Part shown: positions 12,950-25,886 of the stretch, piece by piece
Position numbering within the stretch: the first letter of the stretch is position 1
Layout of the letters: each line of letters opens with the position of its first letter
Source: the human T2T-CHM13v2.0 reference genome, Homo sapiens
Assembly: GCF_009914755.1 (NCBI RefSeq)
Contig: NC_060939.1
Direction: 5' to 3' (one strand)
Length of the DNA: 64,000 nucleotides
The notes under the pieces: generated by a model
Database searches by the model: none
Told to the model about the DNA's origin: nothing
The model's input: only the letters and a program-made list of their open reading frames with translations
Made by a program: the position numbers and the translations under genes

Positions 12950-13320
12950 TAATAACTAACTTTTATGAAGCATTTCCTATGTGCTAGGAAATGTTCTGGG
13001 AATTTTCTAAACATTAGCATTTGCACTCACTCCCCACCACACCCCATGAGGTAGACAATTTTATATTTATTTTATAACCTGAGACTTGCTGAGGTTAACT
13101 TCAAGCATGTGGCAGAGGGAGAATTCAAATCTAAGTCTGTCTGACTTTAAATGTAATTCTAATTGACATTTACACGTGTTTTCATTTAATTCTTGTTATA
13201 GTCCTGATATTATCTTCATTTCATGGATAATCACATTGAGATCCCCAAAAGATTAAGTAACTTGTTGAAGATGCTGTGGCTACTGCACGGCAAAGTTAGA
13301 ATTCTCACGTTGTCAGGTCC
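12950..13320 (-). mobile_element. MIR fragments
   Basis: ACCCCATGAGGTAG, GAATTCAAATCTAAGTCTGTCTGACTTTAAA, GATTAAGTAACTTG. Confidence 0.6.
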
Positions 13321-13603
13321 ACTCTGTGGCTCGGTTCTTAATGGTCATGATAAGTGCACACCCAACACCTTCCACTTCCTCATACGGCCTTTCACGTAAG
13401 GGAGAATTTTCACTTTGGGCATGGGAAGGCCTTTTGAATAAATTGCCTGAGAACTCTTCACATGTAATATGTACAGAATAAGGCCAGTATAGTCATCTTA
13501 GCAAAGGGGAGCAAGAGTGCTAGAAAATGACTTAGGGAGGGCACAGATTATGTAAATTTGTGTAGATCCTGAGAAGAAAAATTGTGAACAGAAATTTGTA
13601 CTA

Positions 13604-13886
<283 letters not shown>

Positions 13887-16800
13887 CTAGGCTCCAGAAT
13901 TAACAGATCTATTATTTGGTCATCTGCTTATAGAGAGATAAGAAAGATTGAGAAATGGAAAAATAAAAAGGGTCTCATGACACGTCAGTGGAAATGGCTG
14001 ATTTGACTAGATAAGCTAAGAAATAGGCCAACTAATTAGGAGAAAGCATGTTTGCATTATTTTCTTTAGATTGGAGGAAGTAGAGGAGTTTTATAAAAAT
14101 ATGGTTCTCAGGTCACCTGCATCAAAATCATGTAGGGTAACAGAGGGCTCCGTAAAATGTAGATTCCTGGGCCTTTTCTTACACCCACTGAGTCAGAATA
14201 CACAGGTAGTGACCCTCAGCATCCCACAGGATTGGTCTGTGCTCTTGGACCTGTTTCACTTTAGGTAAGGGTTATGTTTTCAAGCTCTGAGATCAGGATG
14301 GATTGAGTTCCAGTCTACAATTTCACCACTTTCTAAAGGACCTTAGGAAATGACTTTTCCTACTCCAGTCATTGATAGTAGTTATCACCCTCGGGATTTT
14401 TTCCCCTTTTGCTGTATTTCTATGCACTAACATCACTAATAAAATATTTTTTAAAATATAGAATTTTACACTAGGTTCTGAGGCATGGGCTGTGGCCTGG
14501 AAATCTGTATTTTAGGAAAGGCTCCTTCAGTGTGTCTGGTATGTGGCCTGGAGTCACTGGCAGTGATGTAATGAATGCAAAACAATGAACACGATGCTTA
14601 AATACATTACCCAGTACCACTATTGGTATCATTCCATTGTTATTTGGCCACTTCTTATAAGCACAGCCCAGGGGCTTCCAGCCAATCAAGAATCTCCAAT
14701 GAGAACAACTTTAAACTAAAGCCCCCATGGTAAACCTAAGATATAAATTGGACAAAAACTATTTTTTTCCAAAGAAAAGTTTGTTTGTTTTTTTTTTTCT
14801 TTTGGGCTGAAAGTAGAATCTAATCTAATTGGGCATCAGGCATAGAACCAACATGAAATTCATAACCTCCAAGTCTTCAGGCTTAAAAGTGTACTTGCTG
14901 ATTGGAGCAATAGGAAGAGACCATTTGGCAGTGATCGTGTGCAGTGTGACTGTGTGATAGAAACTGTGCACTTGTGATGCATCCCAACTGCATAGTGGGC
15001 GGCACCCTGCAATCCTCGGACCCCGTCCTACTGCCCTTGGTAGGGTGTGGGAAGTTACCCAGACAGAAACAGGAAAAGTATAGGAAGTTCCTTCCCAGGA
15101 ACATAGGCATTGGAGGACATAATTTCCCTCTTAGATCCCTGGATTGTGGTTCAGAAATGTCCACAAGCAAAGGCTTAGAAATAATTTGTGGAAGTGTGTT
15201 TCAGAGCTGACCCAGAAATAATCTGGTTTGACAGAGGCATGAGGGGCACACCTTTGAGAGTATACTTCTTACCTTATTTCCCTGAGAATGGCAGAGAATT
15301 GTGTCAAGCATTCATCCCAGAGAAGCCTCTCATAGGAGGAATGGCAGCCTCTCCCCTTAATCTGAGTACAGTGATGGGAAAGCAATGGCTAGTGTTCATT
15401 GAGTACTAGATTGTATGGCAGGTACTATATTAAAGGCTCTGCTTTCCATTGTATTTCAATCTATCTACAAATTCTGCAACATATATATGTATGTATTCTA
15501 ATATCTATAATATATTATAACCTTTTAATGAATAATAAATTTATTCATAGGGTTAACTAATTTGGTGACTATTACCTAGGCTAGTAAACAGAGCCAGAAT
15601 CTGAATTAAGAATAGTCAGATCCCAAAACTCATGCCCATTCAATGACAGCACGTTGACTCTAGTGTAGAATTTAGATGGGCTGATGCAGCTACAGAAGAA
15701 ATAGAAAATGCAAACCTGCCTTGATGAAGGTTGATTGGTTAATTCTCTTCATCAACTCTAGCATACGAAAAAAAAAATTAAAAGCAGAAAAGTGCACGAT
15801 CGTGTATCTTCCCAGAGAACCTGCAGAACAATGTTAATTATATATAACGGTTTTGAATACAGGTCCCTGGATTTCAATGCCCACACCATGCCTTAGTTTT
15901 TTCAACCATAAAATGAATTTAATGTAACCACTCCCCTTTCAAGGCTGTAAAAATTACACATAGAGGTGACGCACTACAAAATCCAAAAGGCATCATTATA
16001 TTGTGATCACTGTATATGGCACCCCTGAAGTGGTACACACAGAAGCCCTGTATATTAATATTTCCTACAGAGAATGTAGTAGCATAGCTGCTCACAGCAG
16101 GTGCTATGGTCTCTAGTGTGCTGCCTGGGACATGAAAAGCGCTCATTATGTATTTTTTGAATAAAAGAATGAATAAATAGGGTATGTTACTTATGCAATT
16201 AGTAGACAAGTTTTGATAAAGTGGAAGAAGGTATGTCAAAAACAAGAACAGTGAGAATTAGATTGTACTGAATCTTGGCTGCAAATTAAATATCTTAGGT
16301 TTTATTTTCTAATTAATGCGGAGCCAGCAAATATCTCTGAACAAGGGAGTGACATCCTCAAGGCAATTTTAAAGTTGATTAAGGGGCAGTAATTTATAGA
16401 ATGGGGTGAAAAAGGAGACCAGTGATAACAGAGTATAAACATCCCAGACATGAGCTAGACGGCCTCTGACGGGATGGAAAGAAGGGATTAGTATGAAGAC
16501 GGGACAATACGTGCGTAAGCAGGCATCTCTGAGGCAACCAGGATAAATTATCTTCTAAATGCACATCAAGCACGCTGGGGTTTGGCCCCAGTTCTGCCCT
16601 TGATGCGTTTTGTGTTTTCAGTAAATGAGGGAAACAAGACCTCCTTAGGGACTCCACTCTCTTACAGCCAGAATGATGTCACTGGTTCTGCTGCTTGCTA
16701 AAATCACTCTGGCTGGAGCCTCCCATCTGTGCAATTCAGAACAAGCTTGGGTGGACATAGAATGTGTTGTGAACCCGCCTGCAGGCTGTTCCACACGCCT

Positions 16801-17067
16801 GTCTCTCTGTGGATCCTGCATGGGAAGCCAAATGGGAAGATTACTTCATTATCTTGTTTTCCAGGGAATCTTGTTTGTCTGCTCTCCCTTATTTATTTAA
16901 GGATGCTTAGGTGTGAGAGGGAGATAAACTGTGTTTTCACTGTAGCCAACAGTTTTAGCTCTGCGCTTTTGTCGCCATCAGGTCAGGGCGAGGTCGAGCA
17001 ATCTGCCCATTCTGGTTTCATTCTCTTTCCCTCATTCCTCCTCCTAATGCAACTAGAGAGACCATAG

Positions 17068-17294
17068 CAAACACACATGCGCACACTTAACCACATGATC
17101 ACTCACATTCACACTCAAAAGCTCACTCATATTCTCATTCAAACACTCATGCAATTCACACTCATACACACTTAGGCATGCATACACAAACACCTATGCA
17201 CATGCATGTTTATACACTCACACACACACTTATACTCACATGCTCACTCATGCACACATACATTGACTCACTCCAACACACACACTCAAACACC
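17068..17294. repeat. Degenerate CA-rich low-complexity tract (left part; resumes at 18727-18855)
   Basis: CACACT/CATGCA-type repeats lie on both sides of the retrocopy. Confidence 0.85.
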
Positions 17295-17308
17295 TATTTC
17301 TTCATGCA

Positions 17309-18701
17309 CACTCTGCCATAGTTCTTACTGCATGAAGAGAACAAGAGTCACACAAGTTCACCACTTTGCACTTCATAGAGAAGGTACATAGAGACATTGC
17401 AAAACCTGTCTCCATTTGCTATCCTGATAATTAAGGTTTTCATAATACCTAGGGCCTGTCTCTGAGTAATTTTAATTTTGCCAGATACACTGACATTTAA
17501 AATAGTGATCCATCTGAATTGTTTTCAACTGGATTTTGAGGAAGATAAGAGCTTTCAATGAGAAAGGTTTGTTGTGGTAGTTGTCTTATGTGCTGAATTT
17601 GCAGATGATCAGATGCTGTGCAGAATTCTGACTTATTTTTGTTTCCTAAAATTAAGATAGCTTGAATATTATTTCACATTCCTTTTTCTTTTTTAAATAA
17701 ACAGGTTTGCTCTGGAAAGTCTTAGTGATGGAATGTTAGCATCTTCACTAGGGTAAAGAAGAACAAAAAGAATGTTGCTGGAACATAAAATAGTATTTAA
17801 AAGTTAATGAACACTTCTCTAGTTTTCTTAGTTATGGCCTTAATAATTAGTCTCTTGGCTTAAATGTCCACTGGTGTTACTGTGACCCAGTCAAACAACA
17901 CTGCGGTTAAGTCTCTGGTATTTAGGCTGGCAATATATATATTAACCATATTTTAAAAGTACCAATTTTGTTTTTACAGAAAAGATAAAACTCAAAAGAG
18001 AACAGTGTATTCCTTTTGAGGGGCTTTTATAAATTATTGACTATAATATATGATGGAGTTTTTCCTAATTTTTAATATTTCCTTGCAATTTTGGTGGCCA
18101 TTAATTTAACTTTAGGCTTTTGGGCCTATGCTAGTCTGAGCTTCCAAAAAGATACATACATGTTTCACTTTTCATTAGCTGAATGAGGATATTTTAAGAA
18201 GTTGAAAGAGAATTTATTTTCAAGTTGTGAGTAAATTCTCCTTTGAAATTCACCTGATTATTAGATAACTTGAAGTTTATTTTTAAAAGCTGACAACTTT
18301 TTATGAATCTTCGAGTTGACAGTTCCTAAAAGCGTAACTCAGATATCAATGGGCTGTGTATTAAATGGTTTTATTTTCAGTTTTGCAATACAGAACACTG
18401 TTGAAATATCCATATCAACTTGATTTTTTTAACCTTATTCAGGTGTCCTTTGACGTCCCTTAAATGTTGGGGGTGGGGGTCAGAGCCAGTTATCCGGCTT
18501 CTGTTTTGTCGATTGCTTAGATTTGTTCCTGTTGTCAAAACTGTCGCCCCCCAAATTGGTGTGACACATGCTCATGCATAAAATGTTAAAATGAGTACAT
18601 CCTTGTGTTTGTATTTGTTTTCAACATCGCCAAGGTGCTACGGGAAATTATAGTAACAAAATTAGAAAAAAAATAAAATTATTGAAAAGCAAAAAAAAAA
18701 A
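17309..18701 (+). pseudogene. PTP4A2: 5'-truncated processed retrocopy of an mRNA 3'UTR, probably PTP4A2 (no coding sequence)
   Basis: AU-rich UTR-like sequence with AATAAA at 18672-18677 and A11 at 18691-18701. TSD TATTTCTTCATGCA at 17295-17308 and 18713-18726. The parent gene is assigned from my memory of the PTP4A2 3' end (…CATCGCCAAGGTGCTA…); the retrocopy call is firmer than the parent call. Confidence 0.7.
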
Positions 18702-19441
18702 CCCACAAAACATATTTCTTCATGCATACACACACATGCCTGCACACTTACCCACCCTCATGCACTCACACACACAATCACACATACACATGCTTACTCA
18801 CACACACTCTCATTTCCATGTACAAATATTCTGGAACATACACACTTGCACACAGGCTCCTTATATGGAAAGCGGGCCTGAGGAGTTTGGAATTTTCCAG
18901 CAGAGGATTGTCGAGCATGCCTGTTGCTCTGACCTAGGGCCATTGCAGACCAAATAATCAGCTCGACTGTTGCCCCTCGGCTCCAGCAGACTGGAAGCAA
19001 CATCACATGGATGGAAGTAAGGTTCAGAAATCTGAAAATAACTCTATCAGGTTGCAATTTAGGATTGAATGTGGTAGCCAATCCAGTGGCGAGGAATGTC
19101 CAAACCAAAGCTCCTTTTCTAATTCTCTACTCAAGTCTTCATTTGCAGAAGCACCAGACTCCCAAGGGGACACACTGCCAGGAAGGCAATTAAAACCAGC
19201 CTCTATCTAATTAAAGCATAGCTGCCCTACCTTTCTTCCCAAATATGTTTGCAAATTTCTTGTAATTAAATTTCTCCCTCAAGGAAAGACTGCTGGGTTG
19301 CTCCTGGGAGAGAAAATCAGTGGCATGTGGCCAGCAACTTCCAGATCGTTCTGCTCTCATGAGGCCTGAGATCCCTGCTGCCCAGGCAGGTGAGGGCATA
19401 GTAATGTGGTCGCAGTGTTCCATGTCCCTTACCTTCCCATC

Positions 19442-19861
19442 TGATTTAGTCTGGGTCTTTGTTGTCACCCAAATCTCATGTCAAATTGTAATCCCCAATG
19501 TTGGAGGTGGGGCCTGGTGGGAGGTAATTGGATCATGGAGGTGGATTTTTCATGAATGGTTTAGCACCATCGCCTGGTACTGTTCTTACAATAGTGAGTG
19601 GGTTCTCATGAGATCTGGTTGTTTAAAGTATGTGGCATCTCCCCCCACGTTCTCTTGCTCCTGCTCCCGCCATGTAAGGCATCTGCTCCCCCTTTGCCTT
19701 CTGCTATAATTGCAAGCTTCCTGAGACCTCTCCAGAAGCAAATGCCAGCACTATTGCTTCCTGTACAACCTGCAGAACTACGAGCCAGTCAAACCTCTTT
19801 TCTTCATAAATTACTCAGTCTCAGATATTTCTTTATAGCAATGTAATAATGGACTAATACA
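19442..19861 (+). mobile_element. MSTA/MSTB solo LTR
   Basis: TG...GGACTAATACA, 420 bp. Perfect 5-bp TSD CCATC at 19437-19441 and 19862-19866. Confidence 0.92.
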
Positions 19862-20843
19862 CCATCTCTCAGGAAGCAAAATGCACCTTGTCCCAAGGAT
19901 CCTTTAGCAGAAATGGCAGACGAGACCATATGGTGATGTGGAAATGAATTTGGAATCAGGAGGTCTGTCTTGGAGGCCGGCTCTCTCACTCACATTTTTG
20001 CTTGTTGCTATTATATTTATGTATTTATTTATAGCTGTCCTCAGTTCCCAAAGAATCTAAAGTTTCTGTATACAGACAAGTTAATTAGAAGAAAAGAAAA
20101 ACTAGCTCAAAGAAAAGAGAAAGCAAATATGCCATGCATGAAGGCTCACAGAGTTGCAAGAATTGCCCTCTATTGGTTGTTCTGGTCTTGCTGGGAGCCT
20201 AGAGAAAAAGGGGAGCTTGAGGAGACCCATAACCCATAATCATTAGAGACAGGGACCCTGACTCTGAAGAACAGATGATTTCTTGTGGATTTTTTTTCTG
20301 TGCACACATTCTTAAAAGATCTAACATGAAGTATATACTAGGGGGTATTGATAAACACACTGGACAAATCTCTCAACATTGATTTTTATGCCATTCATTA
20401 CTATGCCTGTTGGGACAAACACTTGGATGTTTTCTTTTGCTTTTTTTGTCAAGTGAGGCTTAAAAGCACCACACCCAGGTTAGTTGTAAATATTAAATGA
20501 GATCATACCTAAGATAGTACTTTATCAATAATAAATGTAGAGACACAATTACAAGTATAAGGTGGTGTGAGCATCAGTTCACATTGTGTGAGCCACATAA
20601 AGTTGGGGGAGGGATCCTGAGTTTCTGTGCTTTAATCCTTATTCTGGCAGGCAGCCTGCCTTTCTGTCAGGACACAGTCCCTTTGGGTGGCATAGGCTTT
20701 CTGGACAAGGAGAGGCAGGTCTTCGGAAGGAAGAGCTGACTCCTCAACAGCTAAGCTCCTGTAGCTTTGCCTTGTGAGACTGGTGTCCATTCCAAATAGG
20801 ATGTTGTTGGAGCACTTTTGCAAGCCAGTCAGCCTGCGTAGCT

Positions 20844-21441
20844 AATAAAGTCGTCACTTAATGTCATCTGTCGGTTCTTGGAAACCACAGCATTAAGCAA
20901 AATGATGTGTAACAAAACCAGTTTTATCCTAGGCTAATTGATATAAACAAGAGTTAAGTTTCTACAGCGTATTTCTGGTCACAAAAACATCCCCAAACTC
21001 CTAAATAAAGACCAAAACACTTACAATATTCAACATTGAAATACATGCAAGCTATACATACGTCGATGAAAGATTAATAAACACAATGATGATGATTGAT
21101 TACCCAGTTATCCCAGTTCAGGGTCTCAGGTGGCTGGAGTCTATCTCTGCAGCTCAGGGCTCAAGGTGGAAGCCAGCCCTGGGCAGGACACCATCCCATC
21201 ACAGGGCACGCTCACACCCACACCCACGCTCCTTCACACTGGGACCATGTAGACTAACCTAACATGCACATCTTTGAAATGTGGGAGGAAACCAAAGTAC
21301 CCAGGAAAAACCCAGGCAGAAATGGGAAGAACTTGCAAACACAGATGGTGGCCCTGGCCAGGAATTGATATTTTTTATTTTTTTTCTCATCAATGTTATA
21401 AAAAGACATTGAATGAAAAGATGTTATTTGAGGACCTGCTG
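20844..21441 (-). mobile_element. MER6A (TcMar-Tigger non-autonomous)
   Basis: Ends with TGTTATTTGAGGACCTGCTG (reverse of CAGCAGGTCCTC TIR). Internal TGTGGGAGGAAACC..AGTACCCAGG.AAAACCCA. About 600 bp. Confidence 0.85.
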
Positions 21442-22177
21442 AAGTTTTATTAGAATTAACAGCAATGTATTTCTAGATGCTTAGAAAAGAATGAGAGTGA
21501 CCTTAGCATGGCTTCTTGCAGCTGGAAGCTTTTCTGGTACACCCTCCGGCTCCTTTGGTTTTCGGTGACCTGTTCCTTAGCTCAGTAATCAACCACAAAG
21601 CTTTCACCCACAGCAAATTGCTCAGCTCTGAACCACACCCTTCAGGGAGGGCTCCAGCGAGGTTCTAAACCAAGTTCAGCTGGTAATTTCACTACAAATG
21701 GCTGCAAGTGTCGAACCTCCTGGGGCCTGATTTAATAGCTCCGCCTCCCCACCCCCTCCTCCTGGGCTAGTCAGAATCCGCCTTGATCGACAGCTGGAAA
21801 GGGGGGTTGGAAGGCTCTGGGCTATGCGGTGGGTGTTTTTTTTTTTTTCTAAAGTTCATATTTGTTATTTGGAAATCTGTGATTCATGCTCATAAATGGG
21901 TGTGTGTGCAAGGGAGAGACAGGCATTGAATGGCTTCGATTTTACTTTCAGGACTGGAAGATGCCAGCAAGCACCGTTTGCCACTCTCAAAGTAAGAGAC
22001 TTGCAGCCTTTCTGAGTGGAGTCCAGGTGACTCCACCGTGAGGCTGCACACTGCTCGGCCCTTTCACGATTTACAGAGCCCTTTCATAGGCATTATCTAG
22101 AGCTTTGTCTGAGAAACTAAAGTTAGCACTTGGAGTATCTTTGCCTTGAGTTTTAAGTCGCAAGACAGGGTCATGTA

Positions 22178-22257
22178 CTAAGTTGGTACAAAAGTAATTG
22201 CGATTTTTGGCACTAAAAGTAATGGCAAAAACCGCAATTACTTTTGCACCAACCTAA
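22178..22257. mobile_element. Full-length MADE1 MITE (80-bp palindrome, miR-548-type hairpin)
   Basis: CTAAGTTGGTACAAAAGTAATTGCG...CGCAATTACTTTTGCACCAACCTAA, flanked by a TA/TA TSD. Confidence 0.95.
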
Positions 22258-22519
22258 TAAATACCAGCTCTGAAAAGCGGACTCCCGGTTCTGAAATAGC
22301 AGCGCGGAGACTGTCCCTGGCCGGGACCTCTGTGTGGGGGTCCACAAGAACCAATGAAGCACAGAGAGACAGTCTCCCTACCCTGATCTGCAGTTGGAAT
22401 GCTCAAGGATTCCATTCCAGAAGGAAATGAGTAACATCCCCGATTTAGGGATCAACGTATTATTAAAATAGCCACCCTAAACAAGCAATGGTTACAATGC
22501 GGCTTCAGTGTCAGGGAAA

Positions 22520-22725
22520 GGCACATGGTGGCCGGGGCTGGGTTCTGCTGACTCAGTGTGTGCTTTTGGCAACTTGTCTCCCCTCCTCTGGGCCTCAGTT
22601 TTCTTCTCTGTAATGTGGGAATTATAACCGCCTCACAATGTTGTTATAAACATGTAATGTGATTCTTTTTTTTAGTTGCTTATCGAAGAGTCTGGACCAT
22701 GGAGGCACTCAATAAATGACAATGC
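22520..22725 (+). mobile_element. MIR
   Basis: CTCTGGGCCTCAGTTTTCTTCTCTGTAA core; GCACTCAATAAATG tail. Confidence 0.7.
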
Positions 22726-23437
22726 TTTAGTAACCATCCTCGATGCTTATGTGTTTTCCAAACAGCATCTCAAATACTTTTATTTTTTTATTTTCTACTA
22801 ATTGCCTTCAACACAGCTCTTTTTAAAAATCACTCTTTGCAATGATGCAATGCCATATGGGTCACATCCTATGGCATCTATTTACCTCCGGTTATTGGAA
22901 CGGTGTTTTTACACTATGCCAGGCTTAGCTCCTCCCATTTAAAGCCACAGTCTCCTACCCTCCCCTGCCTATCTGGTTGGCCTATCCTTCAGTGAGGAGG
23001 AGACGTGGTCTGCTAGTTCCCTTTGCTTCCCCTCTCTCTTCAGGGTCTAGAAGCTCTGAGAGAGGAGAAATATTTTCCCAAGAACTTCTTCCAACCGTGC
23101 TGGCAGCAAAGCAGGTCTGCAATTTTCCACAGTTACATGGCACCTGGCCAGGGGAGACTTAATTCCCCGTTGTTTCAAACACCCCCAATCTTTAATCTTC
23201 ACTTGGCTTAAGGTGGAGAAATCTTATTTTTTCCCATGTAAACCACACTAGACCCTCGATATCCCAAATATTTTGGACTCCAGATATTCCCTCCTGTGCC
23301 TGTCCTCCCCATAGCCTGCATTATAGACTGTTGTCTGAGAAGAGGTTACCTGGGAGGAGTAGATTCAACTGGCCTCCACCAGGAGTTTGTGGTCCACTCT
23401 GGAGGGCTCTTTGGAGGTTCCTTCTAGGTCCATAGAG

Positions 23438-23591
23438 CAGAAGTTCTCAAACTGCGGCCTGCATCACTGGTTGCCATGTCCAATGTTTCTGACGCAGTAA
23501 GTCTAGGCTAGAGTTCAAGATTTTGCATTTCTGACAAGTTCTCAGGTGAGGTTGATGCTGATGGTCCCAGGACTCACTTTGAGAACCGCTG
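23438..23591. mobile_element. MER5A (hAT-Charlie)
   Basis: CAGAAGTTCTCAAAC ... TGCATTTCTGACAAG ... CACTTTGAGAACCGCTG terminal inverted repeats. Confidence 0.8.
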
Positions 23592-25354
23592 TGCCAGAGA
23601 ATGTCAATTTCTTCACAGTTCTTTTTGGCCTCACTTTTGGGCATGAGGAAAATTCCCACTCAGCATCCTTTTAGGTTGACAATGCTGCATGGCCAATAGT
23701 TTTAGTCCAGTTTTATAGATGAGGACATTGAATTTTGAAGAGATTAAGTGATTCGTCCAGAGTTGCATAACTAATAAGCGAGACTCAGATTTGCCTGACT
23801 CCAAACCCCTGACCCTTCTAATCCATTGTGTATTTTCATGGACGGAAAGGGATTCCAGCAGGAGGCAAAGTAGTATTCACTTCTGCGGGCAGAGGAGACC
23901 CGAGCCCGGTTAATCAAAATCCTTCCCCGACTCTGTGCCCATCCACAATTGATTGATCAGGGGTCACACCTGACCTGGGGAAACTCCTGTTTCTTCCTCA
24001 TCAATTGTGTAGACTGGGTTGGAAAGAGAAATCTCTTTAGTCCCTGGACTGGAACATGTAAAATTCAGGAGCTCTTGGCCATCCTTTTCTGTCCTATAGA
24101 CCTATGGACAGAGTACTGATCTACAGCTAAAGAGGCACGAACCCACACTCTGTGGAAAAAGTCACCAATCCATGCAGGCTCCCCCATGCTCCAATCCTGG
24201 CTCCAGTCCATACATCCGTGGCCTTTCTGCTCTTGGCTTCCATGAAATGGCCTAATGACGTTCTAATAACCTTCTCCTACTTCTAACCCCTTTTAGCTTT
24301 CCCATAGCTGCTTTGAAGTAGTTCTCCTATTACCCGCAGCCTGTAGCTTCTTTACTCACATAGTATATATTGTGCTCATATTCCACACATCTTTATAGTT
24401 TGGCATTCTGTTTGAAAGATCCGTAATATCCTAGAAAAATTATAATGACTGCTTTATTAGTTATTTTTGGCAGAAAAGAACATGGCAGCCAGATTTATTT
24501 TTATTTATTTTGGGTTTCCCATCCTTGGAAGAAATGATGAGCATGTTGTAAATGTGTATGTGGGGGAGGAGGGCGCCGGTTCGCCAGTGTTGTGCACACA
24601 GCCATAGACCAGACCACACTTAGAGCTGTGCCTAGGCAGAGCCTGACTGTGCCTGCTGCCAAGTCCCTTGAGTCCTGGTCTGCCGGATAATGCTCTCAGG
24701 TGTGCCCTAAAAGTCTGGGAACATGACATTCCCTCCTCTAAAATCCTCCCTGCATTTGAAAGCTCTGAGCAGCACAAGTATACTCCCAAAGTAAATTCCT
24801 TCCCACAAAAAACCAAAATAACACCATCAATCAACTGGTCTTGTTGTTCTTTTTAAAAAGCTCATGTCCAAGTTGGTGGGATTAGCACTGTGTTATTGCC
24901 CCATTCAGAGCCACCCACAGAGTCTTCCTTAGGCCCCCTGGCTGCTCAGGAAGCCATGACTCAGCTGGGGAAGCCAACTGAGTGGCGAGGTCTTTTAAGG
25001 GTAATTTAGCTGAATGTAGAAGCACTGATTTATTCTTTTTCCTCCCCCAGATAATGAACACTATGCCTAAGTGCTCCTGAGCTAGTGACAGAACTGTGAG
25101 TATCCTGCGCCTTCTCTACCCTTGCCTCCCAGACTGCCTCCTGAAACACATCTGCACATAGCTGATGAACATTGTTTTCAGAGGTCCCTATTTCCCTCTT
25201 CCTGATTCCCCTCTAGGCTTGCTCCGGTATCCTGTGAGAACCACCAGTACCAGATGGAGCCTGAATAGTCACAGGTCAAGTTTAGATTGGAAGAAGGGAA
25301 TGAGCTGGAATAATAACTGCCTAGCACAGAGTAGGAGATATCATTAGTTGCTGG

Positions 25355-25358
<4 letters not shown>

Positions 25359-25393
<35 letters not shown>

Positions 25394-25395
25394 TG
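25359..25395. repeat. (GT)n microsatellite
   Basis: (GT)14 plus a short imperfect extension. Confidence 0.95.
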
Positions 25396-25432
25396 AGAGA
25401 TAAGTGGTGAAGTCAAGCAGATGAAGGTGTGG

Positions 25433-25545
25433 CAGGGCCACTGCATATAGCTGTGCAGGCCCTATCCTGCACAACTCCAGGAGGCACCATCCACATAAAC
25501 TATGGTAAAAATGACACCCTCCAGGCTATACCATGGGCCATCTTT
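25433..25545. mobile_element. MER91A-like hAT MITE
   Basis: CAGGGCC..ATATAGCTGTGCAGG..CTGCACAACTCCAGGAGGCACCAT. Confidence 0.6.
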
Positions 25546-25708
25546 ATCCAGTTTCTCCTTATCTACTTTGATTAAATTTATTCTTATGTCCCTGGTAAGA
25601 AAATGAAAGAAAATATTTTAAAAAATGATTAACCACGGTAAGACTTTCCACTTTATGATAAGCCAACAAGAAAATAATGCATAGATGAGCCAGCCATACT
25701 GAGAGAGT

Positions 25709-25886
25709 TGGTGGTGTGCTGGAGCCCATCTTGTAAGAGCCAATTCTTAGTATCTCTACCCATCTACGTGTTCAGTGCTTTCATGCTGGTAACTTGAAAT
25801 CGGCCATGGTGGGTTCTGCACCACAGAAATTGGCCTCCCAGCTGTCTCTGTAAGAGGCAATTGTTTATCCTTTGCACAGCACACTG
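25709..25886 (+). mobile_element. MER63A-like hAT element
   Basis: GTGGTGTGCTGGAGCC ... CTTGAAATCGGCCATGGTGGG ... CAGCACACTG. Confidence 0.7.

Noticed and set aside
22297-22325. REST/RE1-like half motif (GGACAG on minus strand)
   Set aside because: The left half-site TTCAGCACC is absent.
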